Positions 17,476 through 27,890 are shown, counted from the first letter of the stretch. The stretch: DNA of 64,000 nt from Candidatus Aenigmatarchaeota archaeon (GCA_016198685.1 JACQID010000008.1:1-64000); one strand, 5' to 3'. Numbers and translations: made by a program. The notes: generated by a model not told the origin, from the letters alone.

Positions 17476-18555
17476 TCATTCCACAAAGTCTATGCCGAGC
17501 GTTTTCTCTATGTCGCGTTTTCTCTGGTGAACATAGGGTTTTTCGTTTGTCGCCATATGAGGCATGTTTATGCCTGTCACGATTATCATCGTCCTTATGG
17601 AATCGCCCAGTTCCTTCATTATCTGAGCTCCCCAGATAATTTTTGCGTCAGGGTTAAGTCTTTCGGCCACTGCCTCGACTATCTGCTGGCATTCTCTTAT
17701 AGTAACATCCATGCCGCCTGTGACATTTATCAGGGCGCCCTTTGCGCCGTCTATGTTTACGTCAAGAAGAGGATTATTCAGTGCCCTCTCTACGGCTTCA
17801 GATGCCCTGTTTTCAGTGTCAGAATCGCCCATGCCTATCATGGCAAGGCCGCCTTGTGACATGACTGCACGCACATCAGCAAAGTCAAGGTTTACAAGTC
17901 CGGGCCTTGTGACGAGTTCAGTGATGCCCTTGACGGCATTCACGAGTATTTCATCCGCTACCTTGAAGGCCGTAGTAAGAGAAACGTCCGGAACTATCTC
18001 GAGAAGCTTGTCGTTGGGTATTATGATAAGGGTATCCACAACCTTTTCGAGCTTCTCAAGTCCCTGTTTGGCGTTATTCATTCTTGATCTGCCTTCCATT
18101 GTAAAAGGAAGTGTGACTATGCCTACTGTAAGCGATCCTTGCTTCTTTGCAAGTTCAGCTGCAATCGGGATAGAACCTGTTCCTGTTCCGCCTCCAAGAC
18201 CGCACGTCAAAAATATCATGTCAGCGCCCTTTATGGCATCTTTAAGTTCGTTTTTGCTTTCCTTTGCGGATTCTTCGCCTACCTTAGGGTCTGCGCCTGC
18301 GCCAAGGCCTCCGGTTATTTCCTTGCCTATGAGCAGCTTGACATCCGCATCGGTGTAAAGAAGGTCCTGCGCATCTGTATTGATCGCTATGGTTTCTCCG
18401 CCAGTAACGCCAACCTGCGTCAGCCTGGAAAGTGTGTTGCCGCCAGCTCCTCCGGCGCCCAGAATTTTGATAGTAGCTTTCTTCGACTCAAGTATCTTTC
18501 TCAATTCCTCGTCCCCATTTTTGTTTCTTTTAGAATCAATGCTTCCTACTCCCAT
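17476..18555 (-). CDS. ftsZ: Cell division protein FtsZ
   Basis: GAGGAGGN, GLGGGTGTG tubulin signature, NLDFADVR. Confidence 0.98.
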   Translation of the reverse strand: MGVGSIDSKRNKNGDEELRKILESKKATIKILGAGGAGGNTLSRLTQVGVTGGETIAINTDAQDLLYTDADVKLLIGKEITGGLGAGADPKVGEESAKESKNELKDAIKGADMIFLTCGLGGGTGTGSIPIAAELAKKQGSLTVGIVTLPFTMEGRSRMNNAKQGLEKLEKVVDTLIIIPNDKLLEIVPDVSLTTAFKVADEILVNAVKGITELVTRPGLVNLDFADVRAVMSQGGLAMIGMGDSDTENRASEAVERALNNPLLDVNIDGAKGALINVTGGMDVTIRECQQIVEAVAERLNPDAKIIWGAQIMKELGDSIRTMIIVTGINMPHMATNEKPYVHQRKRDIEKTLGIDFVE

Positions 18556-18715
18556 GCAATCACCATTTTCCTTTAAACATCAACTAAAGGGCTGTACTAT
18601 TCCTGCCACCCCAAAGCAAAAATAACGGAGACAGTATAAACAGCGTGTTTCTTGCTCTGTATAATTCGCTGAAATTATTTAAAGCCTAATAGGATTGGCG
18701 CGTTAAAATTTTAAA

Positions 18716-18745
18716 TAGTAATAGTAGTAGTAATAGTAGTAGTAA
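18716..18745 (+). repeat. (TAR)10 trinucleotide run between the TATA box and the RBS
   Basis: tag taa tag tag tag taa tag tag tag taa, followed by ggtga. Confidence 0.85.
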
Positions 18746-18754
18746 GGTGATAGC

Positions 18755-18877
18755 ATGAAAATAAAATGTGGCAAATGCGGGCACGTTTGGATAACAAGGA
18801 AGGAAAAGATACCTGTGGCTTGCAGCTACTGCAAGACATCAATGTATTTCCACAAGCCGGTTATACTGAAGGAATAG
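18755..18877 (+). CDS. 40-aa zinc-ribbon protein
   Basis: MKIKCGKCGHVWITRKEKIPVACSYCKTSMYFHKPVILKE; two CxxC pairs; AGGTGA RBS; not in the ORF track. Confidence 0.8.
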   Translation: MKIKCGKCGHVWITRKEKIPVACSYCKTSMYFHKPVILKE

Positions 18878-18995
18878 CACGATCACTTTTCATGGACTTA
18901 AAATAGAGAAAAGTGCAGGCGAATCTGCCAAAATCTATAGTGTCGGCAAAAAGTTTCTCTCTCATTGGCAGAAGAGAATAAAGCGCCGCTTTGCC

Positions 18996-19643
18996 TTAGA
19001 AAGCCTGTATAAATCTGACTTTCTGGAGCTTTTTACCGTCGGGCTTAACGTTCTTAAGTATGGTTTCTGCGATTTTTGACTTGATCTCAGCAGGCAGATC
19101 AGCTTCGATGTCTGCAACGCCGTTCGATATCATCACAGCAGACGCTTGGAAGCCGAAGAATTGAAGCAGCGACTTTATCTGCTCATCCGCTTTTTCTATC
19201 TTTTCCTTGACTTCCACGTCATAAATGAGCTTTTTCCCCGCGAGTGGATTATTGAAATCTACCGTAACACGGCCAGAGGAGACGGATTGTATCCTTCCCT
19301 TAAGGCCGGAGAAATCAACTATCATTCCAGGTTGCGGATCGACATTTTTGTCCCCAAAAACCTTGCTATTGACAGTTTTGACCATGTCAGCGTTTCTTTG
19401 GCCAAAACCATCGGCAGGCTCTATGGTAATTGTCTTCTTGTCGCCCGGCGTCATGCCGACAAGGGCATTTTCAAGGCCGGGAAGCACGAATCCAGAGCCT
19501 ATAACAACAGAAACCGGTCCATACTTCATTTTTTCATTATAAATTTTCTCCTTTCTGGCAACATCCTCGCGGGTAAGATCGAATATCTCGCCGCTTTCCA
19601 GTCTTCCAACATATTCTATTTTGACGAAGTCGCCTTTTTCCAT
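18996..19643 (-). CDS. slyD: Long-type FKBP peptidyl-prolyl isomerase (SlyD-like)
   Basis: GDFVKIEYVGRL, GLENAL, DFNNPLAGKKL. Confidence 0.93.
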   Translation of the reverse strand: MEKGDFVKIEYVGRLESGEIFDLTREDVARKEKIYNEKMKYGPVSVVIGSGFVLPGLENALVGMTPGDKKTITIEPADGFGQRNADMVKTVNSKVFGDKNVDPQPGMIVDFSGLKGRIQSVSSGRVTVDFNNPLAGKKLIYDVEVKEKIEKADEQIKSLLQFFGFQASAVMISNGVADIEADLPAEIKSKIAETILKNVKPDGKKLQKVRFIQAF

Positions 19644-19746
19644 CACTACCATATAAAGAAAAAGCATTTAATTGCATATGTCCGGCTATTCCAGAGATCA
19701 TTTTTTATACCCTTCTGTCATAACCTGTTTTATGTTCAAACTATTG

Positions 19747-20031
19747 ATGAACACGCAGGGAAGAAATTGGAAAGAATATCTGACACCTCAAGACGAGGAA
19801 AAGATAAACGAGATAATCAAGAAAGTGGCAAAGCACAGAGGCGCATATAGCCATGCAGATGATACAAAGAATGCGCAGTTGTGGTGTGCTGTTCTGGAGG
19901 TTAACATCGCCCAGGACGCCATGGATCAGAGGCTTTCTGAACTTGAAGGCGTGTTTGAGTCCATGTTCCAGAGGATGCGTTTCAGGGAAAACGAGAAAAG
20001 AGAGCTCCATAAGAGTTTAGAGACCTTCTGA
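19747..20031 (+). CDS. Conserved archaeal hypothetical protein (94 aa)
   Basis: W-x-E-Y-L ... AY-x-x-A ... AQLWCA motif followed by a coiled coil; start set at ATG 19747. Confidence 0.7.
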   Translation: MNTQGRNWKEYLTPQDEEKINEIIKKVAKHRGAYSHADDTKNAQLWCAVLEVNIAQDAMDQRLSELEGVFESMFQRMRFRENEKRELHKSLETF

Positions 20032-20072
20032 AGTTCATTTGTTTTTATATATTAGACCATCCAATATCTAAC

Positions 20073-20309
20073 ATGCCAAAGGCTTCGCGCAACAGAAAAC
20101 AGAAAGTCTTTGTAGTGACGCTCAATGATTATCGCCGCCAATCCGGCTTCGCCTTTGCAATAGGGGGCATTATGTTTCTTGTCCTTGCTCTTTACTTCTA
20201 TTTCACGAACCAGGCGCCTTCCCTTATAATCGGCTGGCTGGCATACGGCGCTGTCGCCATGATTGTAATATACGCTCTTTATCAAAGATCGCTTTCTATG
20301 TTCAAGTGA
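20073..20309 (+). CDS. Small two-TM membrane protein
   Basis: Two hydrophobic helices after a basic N-terminus. Confidence 0.7.
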   Translation: MPKASRNRKQKVFVVTLNDYRRQSGFAFAIGGIMFLVLALYFYFTNQAPSLIIGWLAYGAVAMIVIYALYQRSLSMFK

Positions 20310-20315
20310 TGCTAG

Positions 20316-23093
20316 TTATTCTAAAAATATTCCAGGCTTGTCAGGCGCAGCTGCGTTAGCCTTCGGGTTTTGGCCGGCAGCTTCTTCCACAATAATAGGC
20401 ATTCCAGCCTGCGACGACATGAAATCCGCGGCTTCAGACAGGGCCTTTATCTGCAATTCGCGGGGGATGACTTGATATTTTCCGGCTTTTGCAGAGTTAA
20501 TGAATGATGATATCTCCCTGCCTTTATCGCGATGCATAGCCACAATTTCCTTGATAACGACCGCCGGCTCAATGCCTTGCGCGAGCTTTGATAGGGCAGT
20601 GAACTTCCATGCCTCGGCAATGTAAACTTTAGCATTCTTCTTGGCCCCGACCAGCTTCTTTATTTCTTCTATGTCTTCAGTGGCCTTTTGGATCAGCTTC
20701 TCAGCGTTTTCGTAGGAATCATCATATGCTTCTTCATGCAGTGGCTGGAACGCTGCGAATCCCTTGCCCCCGAGGACAGACCACATTTCTTCCGATATAT
20801 GAGGCGCCATAGGAGTAAGAGTTTTTACCGTTCTTCTTAATGACTCGGACAGTATATCAGGATTAGCGTCCTCTATGCCTCCTGTCCTGCGGATGTACCA
20901 CTTCAATGCATTGGTGGTCTCGAAAAGCGCATGAGTGCTTACATCCCTGAATCTGAGTTCCTCGTATGCCTTGATAGCGTTGGATGATTCTTTCTTTATT
21001 TTGTTTTCAAGATACATATCAAGGGATGTTTTTGTTTTGCGTTTTGCTTTCGAAGCGTCCTTAGAAAGCTCGCAAATCATATCGAGCCTCGATCTCATGC
21101 CCTTTACATTCTCTGATCGCCAGTCAGCGTCATCCAAGGCTTGCGCTGCAGTGATCATATTCAGGCGCACCATGTCAGCGCCGAACTCTTCAAGCATATC
21201 TTTAAGGGGTATGATATTGCCCTTGCTCTTCGACATCTTTTCCCCTTCGACATTGACAAAGCCGTTGACGGAAATTGCCCGCGGCCATTTACTTTCCGGC
21301 CATATGGCTGCATGATGAAACAGATAGAATGTAAGATGGTTCTGAGTCAAGTCTTTGCCCGAATTCCTTAGATCAACCGCATAGAAGTATTCGAATTCCG
21401 CCCTCATCTCTTCGAGGTCTTTGCTTTGGGCTCTGCCCTTGCCAAGAAATATGTAATCGAAGGCTTCGTCTGTCAACGTCTCGGCCGGTATTTTCCTTTC
21501 ATTGATGATTCGTGCTATCGTGTAATATGCCATGTAGATAGTGCTGTCAGAGAGAGTCTCAACTATCCATGACTTGTCCCATGGGAGGGGCGTTCCTAGA
21601 CCGCCTCTTCTTGTGCAAGCCTTGTCCTTCAGCCACTCTATGGTGTTCTCGAAATTTTGCCTTGCTTCTTCAGGGTATATTTTCATGCCCTTGAGCATCT
21701 TTCGGACTTTTGCTTTCCATGCCTCGTCCGAGAATTTAAGGAACCACTGGTTCTCCAGTATTTTCACGTGGCATTTTGTCGTGCAGCGGCAGACTACTCC
21801 AACGCAATCCCACATGAAATCGGCAACGCCAACGGCCTTGAGTTCTCCTATTATTTTGTCCTTGGCTTCGGCAACGGTCATTCCGGCGTATTTGCCGCAG
21901 TTATTGTTGAGTATTCCTTTATGATATTCTTTTTTGTAAATTTGAGATGTTGCTTCATCGAGCTTTGCTCTTTCCTCTGAAGAGCGGATTCCCATTTTAT
22001 TTACAGTGTCTATTGCCGGCGTTTCCCCGAGGCCCTCTGTTTTTATGAGTACAATAGGCTGCAATTCGGTTTTTGTAACTCCGTATCTTTCAAGACCCGA
22101 ACCAATCAAGTCAAGAATGCCCGCCCAGTCAAAAGGCGCATGAGAGGGAACTGACATGACAACGCCGGTTGCTATGTTTGTATCCACAAAATTGGCGGGC
22201 AGTACTGGTATCTCTTTATTATCTAACGGATGCATGGCTCTTTTGCCCAGAAGGTCTGCCGGATTAATTTCTGATGTGATTTTGACTTTCTTTAGTTGAT
22301 CTGCAATTTTAGAGGCAGCGTGTCTGCTTATAATCCATTTCTCTCCGTTTACCGCCGCCTTCACGTAATCGGCATGGGGGTTGATCCAGATATTAGTTAC
22401 TCCAAATATCGTTTCTGGCCGCAATGTAGCACAGACCAGGAAAGCATCGCCTATCTTGAACTTTATCACTGTGTATTCTACCGGGCTTTCTCCTTCGCCT
22501 TCCAGCCTGTCATGGTCGCCTGTGGGGCTTTCATCGTGGGGGCACCATATGACCGGATGCGTTCCTTGGACAACATATCCGGCTTTCTTCAGCGTATTGT
22601 ATTGCCATTCTATGAATCGCGAATATTGAGGAGTCAGCGTTGTCGTGACAAAACTTCTCCTCCAGTCAATGGAAAACCCGGTAGCTTTCTGAGCCTTCTT
22701 CCATTCGGTTATCCAGAAATTGACAAGATATTGAGGCGATTCCTTGAATTTATTGATGTCTTCGTCCGTGGCGCCAAACTGTTTGAGCGTTTGGATTTGC
22801 GATGCATCGCCCTTGCGAAGACGTTCAATAACGCCCAGTATTGGTTCGCCCGTGGCATGAAATCCCTGAGGATACAGAACGTTGAAACCGCACATGCGCT
22901 TGAAGCGGGCGTAAGAATCGGTTCTCAAAGAAGTGTATGCATGCCCGATGTGCGGAGCGCCATTCACATACGGATAGGGGAACGTTATGAAGAATTTCTT
23001 TTTGGAAGTATCTATGTTTGCCTCAAACGCCTTCTCTTTTTCCCATTTCTCCTGCCATTTCTTCTCTATCCGGGCGAAATCCATGATATCCAC
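20316..23093 (-). CDS. leuS: Leucyl-tRNA synthetase, archaeal type
   Basis: PYVNGAPHIGH (HIGH), CP1 TLRPETIFG and MSVPSHAPFD, KMSKSKGN. Confidence 0.98.
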   Translation of the reverse strand: MDIMDFARIEKKWQEKWEKEKAFEANIDTSKKKFFITFPYPYVNGAPHIGHAYTSLRTDSYARFKRMCGFNVLYPQGFHATGEPILGVIERLRKGDASQIQTLKQFGATDEDINKFKESPQYLVNFWITEWKKAQKATGFSIDWRRSFVTTTLTPQYSRFIEWQYNTLKKAGYVVQGTHPVIWCPHDESPTGDHDRLEGEGESPVEYTVIKFKIGDAFLVCATLRPETIFGVTNIWINPHADYVKAAVNGEKWIISRHAASKIADQLKKVKITSEINPADLLGKRAMHPLDNKEIPVLPANFVDTNIATGVVMSVPSHAPFDWAGILDLIGSGLERYGVTKTELQPIVLIKTEGLGETPAIDTVNKMGIRSSEERAKLDEATSQIYKKEYHKGILNNNCGKYAGMTVAEAKDKIIGELKAVGVADFMWDCVGVVCRCTTKCHVKILENQWFLKFSDEAWKAKVRKMLKGMKIYPEEARQNFENTIEWLKDKACTRRGGLGTPLPWDKSWIVETLSDSTIYMAYYTIARIINERKIPAETLTDEAFDYIFLGKGRAQSKDLEEMRAEFEYFYAVDLRNSGKDLTQNHLTFYLFHHAAIWPESKWPRAISVNGFVNVEGEKMSKSKGNIIPLKDMLEEFGADMVRLNMITAAQALDDADWRSENVKGMRSRLDMICELSKDASKAKRKTKTSLDMYLENKIKKESSNAIKAYEELRFRDVSTHALFETTNALKWYIRRTGGIEDANPDILSESLRRTVKTLTPMAPHISEEMWSVLGGKGFAAFQPLHEEAYDDSYENAEKLIQKATEDIEEIKKLVGAKKNAKVYIAEAWKFTALSKLAQGIEPAVVIKEIVAMHRDKGREISSFINSAKAGKYQVIPRELQIKALSEAADFMSSQAGMPIIVEEAAGQNPKANAAAPDKPGIFLE

Positions 23094-23132
23094 TGTTCCT
23101 AAGTCTTAAATTGCTGATATAAAAAAAGAAAT

Positions 23133-23330
23133 TCAGACGTATCCTATCTCTCTTAATGCTTTGTATCCTGCTACAGATCTTGGATCAGTGGGGTCGTAAT
23201 CTATATTATTATTTGTGTATGCTTTATTCGGATACGCGCTTTTGTCGTCCGTATCCGGCATTTCTAACTGTCCAAATCTCTCAAATGCCCATTTTCTGGC
23301 AAGGATTCTCATATGTCGGTCTGTATTCAT
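23133..23330 (-). CDS. Hypothetical protein (about 65 aa)
   Basis: GAGGTGG RBS-like sequence upstream of MNTDRH; no motif. Confidence 0.55.
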   Translation of the reverse strand: MNTDRHMRILARKWAFERFGQLEMPDTDDKSAYPNKAYTNNNIDYDPTDPRSVAGYKALREIGYV

Positions 23331-23554
23331 AACATCCACCTCATTTTTTATTTATTGATTCCTCGTTTTGCATAGCGACATCTCCGCGTTTTATTTTTTG
23401 TGAAATACGAAGAAAAGCGGAGTGTCATAGGCTGCTTATCGCAGCAGGACAGTCGCAAGGCTAAGCAGAACTACGCTGAAAATCGATGTCTGCTTAGACA
23501 TAGAAGATCTTATGCGGGTAAATAATTAAATATATTACTGCCCACAGAGTGGGA

Positions 23555-24700
23555 CTATTCATTCTCTATTTTATTTATCGTTTCCATCATTGCGCTGCCG
23601 TCAAGTTCTCCAAGCGAGCCTTTTCTGCATGCCGTTTCGCTGAGCCTCCTTGTACCATCGGGTTTCTTTGACGTTATGCATATAGGAACGGAATCCTTGG
23701 TGTGCGCTCCGAGAGCCGATGATGTTGCATGATCGGCTGTGATTGCTATTGTAATGCCGGGAATGTTCTTGACGACCGAGAAGAAGTCGCGGTCTATTTC
23801 TTCTAGCGCCTTCACTTTGCCTTGGAAATCTTTCCTGTGGGAATACTTGTCCGGCGATTTTATCTGGACGCACACGCTGTCATATAGATAGAGCGACACG
23901 ACTTTTTTCGCAAGTTCTGCATTGCTCTCAGGTTTCTTGTGCACATGCATGCCGGCGAGCTTTCCGATGGTTGCGTCTGCATGGCTGTCTGCAAGCATGC
24001 ACCATTTGCCCTGAGCCGGAGGCAGTTCAGGCAGGCTGTCACCTGCCCCTCTTAATAGAATGTAGTTTGCCGTAGGATTGTCCTGAAGTATAGTGGATAC
24101 TCTTGCGGTTATCTCATTGACCAAATCAGCGGTCTTTTTTGCTTCAAGGGACCCGTCCAAAGGCTCGCAAATTCTGGGCGCGGCGCCTGTGCGTTCTTCA
24201 AGGGCAGTAGATACGCGGTTTTTTATCACAGCATATCCGGGATGCGTATTCTGGACAGCAGAACTCAAGCCGCGCCGGGAAAGCACAAGCGCGAAGCGGT
24301 AGCCTTTTGTCGTCTGGAATTTCACGCCTGTCATGTCAAGTTTTTCGTTTAGCAGTGCGCAGAGCTTTGCATTAACGTCCTCGGTTATCTCAACACTGGG
24401 CTCGGTGATTATCCCGTTCTTGATGACAGAAAAGTTACCCCTGAAAACTATATCGCCTTCACCGAATCTTACGCCGGCATCATACGCTTCAAGCGGGCCT
24501 CTGCCCGTATAATACGTATAGGGGCTGTACCCAAGAAGTGCCATCATGGCCTGGTCGGATTCAGGCGCAACGCCCTTTATGGGAAAGAGCATGCCGCCCT
24601 TGCTGCGTTGTGCTATTTCATCCAAATGCGGCGTGCGCGCAGTTTCCAACGCGGAAGGCGCGTCTCCGGCTCCGTCGAGTATCACGAAAAGAAGCTTCAT
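23555..24700 (-). CDS. apgM: 2,3-bisphosphoglycerate-independent phosphoglycerate mutase
   Basis: ILDGAGD, PESDQA (catalytic Ser), YTGRGPLEA, ITADHAT. Confidence 0.93.
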   Translation of the reverse strand: MKLLFVILDGAGDAPSALETARTPHLDEIAQRSKGGMLFPIKGVAPESDQAMMALLGYSPYTYYTGRGPLEAYDAGVRFGEGDIVFRGNFSVIKNGIITEPSVEITEDVNAKLCALLNEKLDMTGVKFQTTKGYRFALVLSRRGLSSAVQNTHPGYAVIKNRVSTALEERTGAAPRICEPLDGSLEAKKTADLVNEITARVSTILQDNPTANYILLRGAGDSLPELPPAQGKWCMLADSHADATIGKLAGMHVHKKPESNAELAKKVVSLYLYDSVCVQIKSPDKYSHRKDFQGKVKALEEIDRDFFSVVKNIPGITIAITADHATSSALGAHTKDSVPICITSKKPDGTRRLSETACRKGSLGELDGSAMMETINKIENE

Positions 24701-25836
24701 AATTTCGCCATTTCAGGCTTTTCTGCAAGATTCCAAAGCCTTACAAGTTCGTTCATTTTTGCTATATCTGTGTCAGCAAGGCCGATCTTTATTATCGGCG
24801 TTTCCCAGTTGACTGCAAGGCGGGCTATCGTAGAATCAGATGTTTCTCCGGACCTGTGCGACATTACATTGATCACGCCTGCGGATTTTGCAACTTCGAC
24901 TGCCTTCAGGGCAAGCGTTACGCTGCCGATTTGGTTGGGTTTGACTATCATCGCGTTCACGGCATCCTTGTCTAACGCCATCTTGAGCCGCTCGGCATTT
25001 GTGACAGTGAGGTCATCGCCGCAAACTAAAGTGCGCCTCCCTATCTTTTTCTTCAATTCTGAGAAACCTGTAAAATCATCCTGATCAAATGGGTCTTCTG
25101 CATAAAATAAATTGTAAGTTTCGGCAATCTCTTTCATGAAATCCACCTGCTCGCCATTGTCAAGTTCCGTGCCTGAATTCTTGTACACATATTTTTCGCC
25201 GTTCCAGAGTTCGGAAGACGCGGCATCGATGCCTATTTTTGCCGGCATATCCTCAGCGACCTTAAGAAGCATGTCAAAAACATCTTCCTGTCTTATGTTT
25301 GCAGTCACAGCGCCTTCTATATTGCGTCCTACCGGCCCCCTTTTTTCGGCAAGCGATTTGAACGCGTTATAAAATTGTCTGCTCGTTTCAAAGGCTTCGG
25401 CGAAGCTCTTCGCTTCATGGGGCATTATCAAGAATTCCTGTATATCGGAAAACCCTCCATGCTTTCCGCCGCCGAAAATGTTCACAAGCGGAAACGGAAA
25501 GGATGATTTTTTTAATGCAAACCCGTGGTTAAAGAACGCGAAAGAAAGCGCTGTCGAAGTGTTTCCTCCTATGTTTGAGAAATCCTGGCTCTCGTCCGTT
25601 TTTTTCAGTTCATTATCAAAACTTTCCTGCGTGAACTCGCGGCCCATAAATTTTTCCTTCAGAGAGCCGTTAATGAGCAGGAGCGCATCCTCAACATCAA
25701 TTTCCTTGGCTTCGTATATTCCCTTGCTGGTTCCGCCGGGCGCTGCACCTTTTGTGCCGTTTATCTCGGCTTCGATCGTCCATTTTCCCCGGCAATCTTT
25801 TATTTTATCCGCCTTAAGATCGGTTATTTTTATCAT
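24697..25836 (-). CDS. eno: Enolase
   Basis: GGGKH, IQEFL, EDPF, GDDL, VKPNQIG, SHRSGET. Confidence 0.95.
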   Translation of the reverse strand: MIKITDLKADKIKDCRGKWTIEAEINGTKGAAPGGTSKGIYEAKEIDVEDALLLINGSLKEKFMGREFTQESFDNELKKTDESQDFSNIGGNTSTALSFAFFNHGFALKKSSFPFPLVNIFGGGKHGGFSDIQEFLIMPHEAKSFAEAFETSRQFYNAFKSLAEKRGPVGRNIEGAVTANIRQEDVFDMLLKVAEDMPAKIGIDAASSELWNGEKYVYKNSGTELDNGEQVDFMKEIAETYNLFYAEDPFDQDDFTGFSELKKKIGRRTLVCGDDLTVTNAERLKMALDKDAVNAMIVKPNQIGSVTLALKAVEVAKSAGVINVMSHRSGETSDSTIARLAVNWETPIIKIGLADTDIAKMNELVRLWNLAEKPEMAKL

Positions 25837-25883
25837 GTGGTGACTTTGTTTTGAGAAAATATAAACCTTCTGGCAACCAAAAA

Positions 25884-26268
25884 TTAGAATCCAAACGAAT
25901 ACGTGTCTTGGTTCTTGGGTAAATCAAACAGCTCTATGGAATTCTTGGAGTATCTTTTTTTATCTATCTTAGCAAGTCTATCTTTATTTGATTTACAAGA
26001 ATGACATATTGGGCATAGTGCCTGACCATTGGATGTTATCGTTTTGCCGCCATTTTCCATGACTTTATATGGTCATAATGGACTGCCGATAGTGTTAATT
26101 GCATTTTACAATTCGTACATTTTCCATGTTGTCTATCCCAGATTTCGTTTTTCTGAGTCTGCGTAAAAGCTCTGCGTGTATCCCTAACAGGGTCTGCTCT
26201 TTATCAAAAAGCACAAACGGTTTTAATTTTAGTGGTTTCAATCCAAAGATATCATGACTTTTTGACAC
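25884..26268 (-). pseudogene. HNH endonuclease pseudogene with two frameshifts
   Basis: Joined frames read ...DIFGLKPLKLKPF../RDTRRAFTQTQKNEIWDRQHGKCTNC...YDHIKSW/NGGKTITSNGQALCPICHSCKS...; CxxC, DH, N, CxxCH motifs. Confidence 0.85.
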
Positions 26269-26325
26269 GTTATTTTTGATTTTAAAGGGTTATAAATCTA
26301 AACTTCTTTATATTCTCAGTCTTTA

Positions 26326-26400
26326 GGGCTCGTAGCTCAGCTTGGACAGAGCATCTGCCTTCTAAGCAGGGGGTCGCGGGTTCGAATCCCGTCGGGCCCG
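26326..26400 (+). tRNA. tRNA-Arg(TCT), no intron
   Basis: GGGCTCG/CGGGCCC acceptor; TCTGC-CTTCTAA-GCAGG; GGTTCGAATCC; upstream TTATAAAT. Confidence 0.96.
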
Positions 26401-26440
26401 TTTTTGTTTTTCGTGTTCTGCCATCAATATTAACTAAGAA

Positions 26441-27811
26441 TTATTTTTTAGGAAAAAATCGATTATATAGTGTTTGTATACCTGGGCTGATATCATGTTG
26501 GCCTATTATGAATCCGATAGAATTTCTGCTAGGGTCTGCGCCATATTCTATATTTATCCCCGCCCGTCCCACAGCGCCTGCGCTTGCTTCTAGCATACCT
26601 TTCGTGTTTCTTACTCCGCCGACAATGCCTATATGGCCCTTTTCGCCCTCATATTCCATTTTAATTCCATTAGTTTTTCTGTGTTTAGATTCCATGTAAT
26701 CTCCCAATACCAATTCCGTGTGATCTCTATTTTCATACGGAACTGCTATGGATAGGTTGTCAGCTGTTCCTGTTATTGTGGTATACTCCACATTTCGGCC
26801 TCTTAGCGTATCCTCTAAGCCGGATATGTTTCCCTCGAATGTATAAACGTCAACACGGCGCCCGGCGACAAGCAGAACGCGGCCTTCTTCTGCAGTTTTA
26901 ACTATGTTTGTCTTATTGCCGCTTATATCCTGGGAATGCGCAATATAGACCTCCGGTTCTTCGTTCTCATCATATCTCATTTCAAGTCCTTCAAGGCTCT
27001 TGCTTCCTGGTAGCTTGGCGCCAAGGTTCGCCGCAGCTTTGGCATGAGCCAGGCTGAGTACCGGGACCGTGTCAGCGTCATCCCTATCGGCAGTTTTTAT
27101 TCCTGCAACGTTCGTAAGGATTCCAAGGCTGCCTGCCTGTGCGGCGTATTGAAGTGCAATCGCAGACCTGTCAGAACCGCCCCTTGCAAGAATGCCGCCT
27201 TTTCTGGTTGCCCTATTCATGCCGCCATATCCGGGAAGTATGAGTAGCGGCGGGGTTGTCTGTTGTAACATTTGATATGTTCTGCGTCTTGAATCCGGAA
27301 AATCTATGCTTGCATTCATGTAATCTCCTTTGACGGTTAGCGGAAATCTCTCATCTGCAAGGTCAATAAGTGCGCAATTTATGCCCGACTGGCGCGCAAG
27401 TTCATACGCATCTATTGCGGCTATTCTTTCACCCATTAAATGAAGCATGGCAACATAAGAATTATCGTCAAGCTGTTTTCTGGTTTCCGGATCTTTTCTG
27501 ACCTTGTCTATCTCAGTCAGTATAGAATAACGCCGGGCCTGCGAATCGGGCTCATATGCCAACCCAAAATTTGTGGAATCGGCAAACAAGTCTTCGGGTT
27601 CGGGGAGGGACTTGCCGGTTTTTGCGTCACAAATGAATTTCTTTATTCTGTTTGTGGTTTCGCCTTGCGCTGACGTTATGAAAATTATTTTATCGTCCAT
27701 TCCATATATCTGGGGGAATATGCCTGGCACAAGTTTGCCGTCTACATATCCGCCTGCCAGCCTTTCAGGCCTTGTTACGGACGAGCCGCCTGCTTTTATT
27801 ATCGTTGTCAT
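26441..27811 (-). CDS. Divergent aspartokinase-family kinase with ACT-like C-terminus
   Basis: KAGGSS, MGER, ARGGSD, NVAGIKTAD; start set at MTTIIK because the track's longer frame overlaps the Lrp gene. Confidence 0.82.
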   Translation of the reverse strand: MTTIIKAGGSSVTRPERLAGGYVDGKLVPGIFPQIYGMDDKIIFITSAQGETTNRIKKFICDAKTGKSLPEPEDLFADSTNFGLAYEPDSQARRYSILTEIDKVRKDPETRKQLDDNSYVAMLHLMGERIAAIDAYELARQSGINCALIDLADERFPLTVKGDYMNASIDFPDSRRRTYQMLQQTTPPLLILPGYGGMNRATRKGGILARGGSDRSAIALQYAAQAGSLGILTNVAGIKTADRDDADTVPVLSLAHAKAAANLGAKLPGSKSLEGLEMRYDENEEPEVYIAHSQDISGNKTNIVKTAEEGRVLLVAGRRVDVYTFEGNISGLEDTLRGRNVEYTTITGTADNLSIAVPYENRDHTELVLGDYMESKHRKTNGIKMEYEGEKGHIGIVGGVRNTKGMLEASAGAVGRAGINIEYGADPSRNSIGFIIGQHDISPGIQTLYNRFFPKK

Positions 27812-27854
27812 AATCGAACATAACAAATTATCTATAACTAATTTAAGCTTGCGT

Positions 27855-27875
27855 TTTCGTAATAAAATTACGAAA
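27855..27875. promoter_or_regulatory. Perfect inverted repeat, candidate Lrp-family operator
   Basis: TTTCGTAAT-AAA-ATTACGAAA between the divergent kinase and Lrp genes. Confidence 0.6.
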
Positions 27876-27890
27876 TTCGTAGGTGATGAA

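Noticed and set aside
22296-23102. 268-aa plus-strand ORF and the many similar shadow ORFs
   Set aside because: Antisense to well-supported genes (leuS, carB, ftsZ, ths and others) with no motifs
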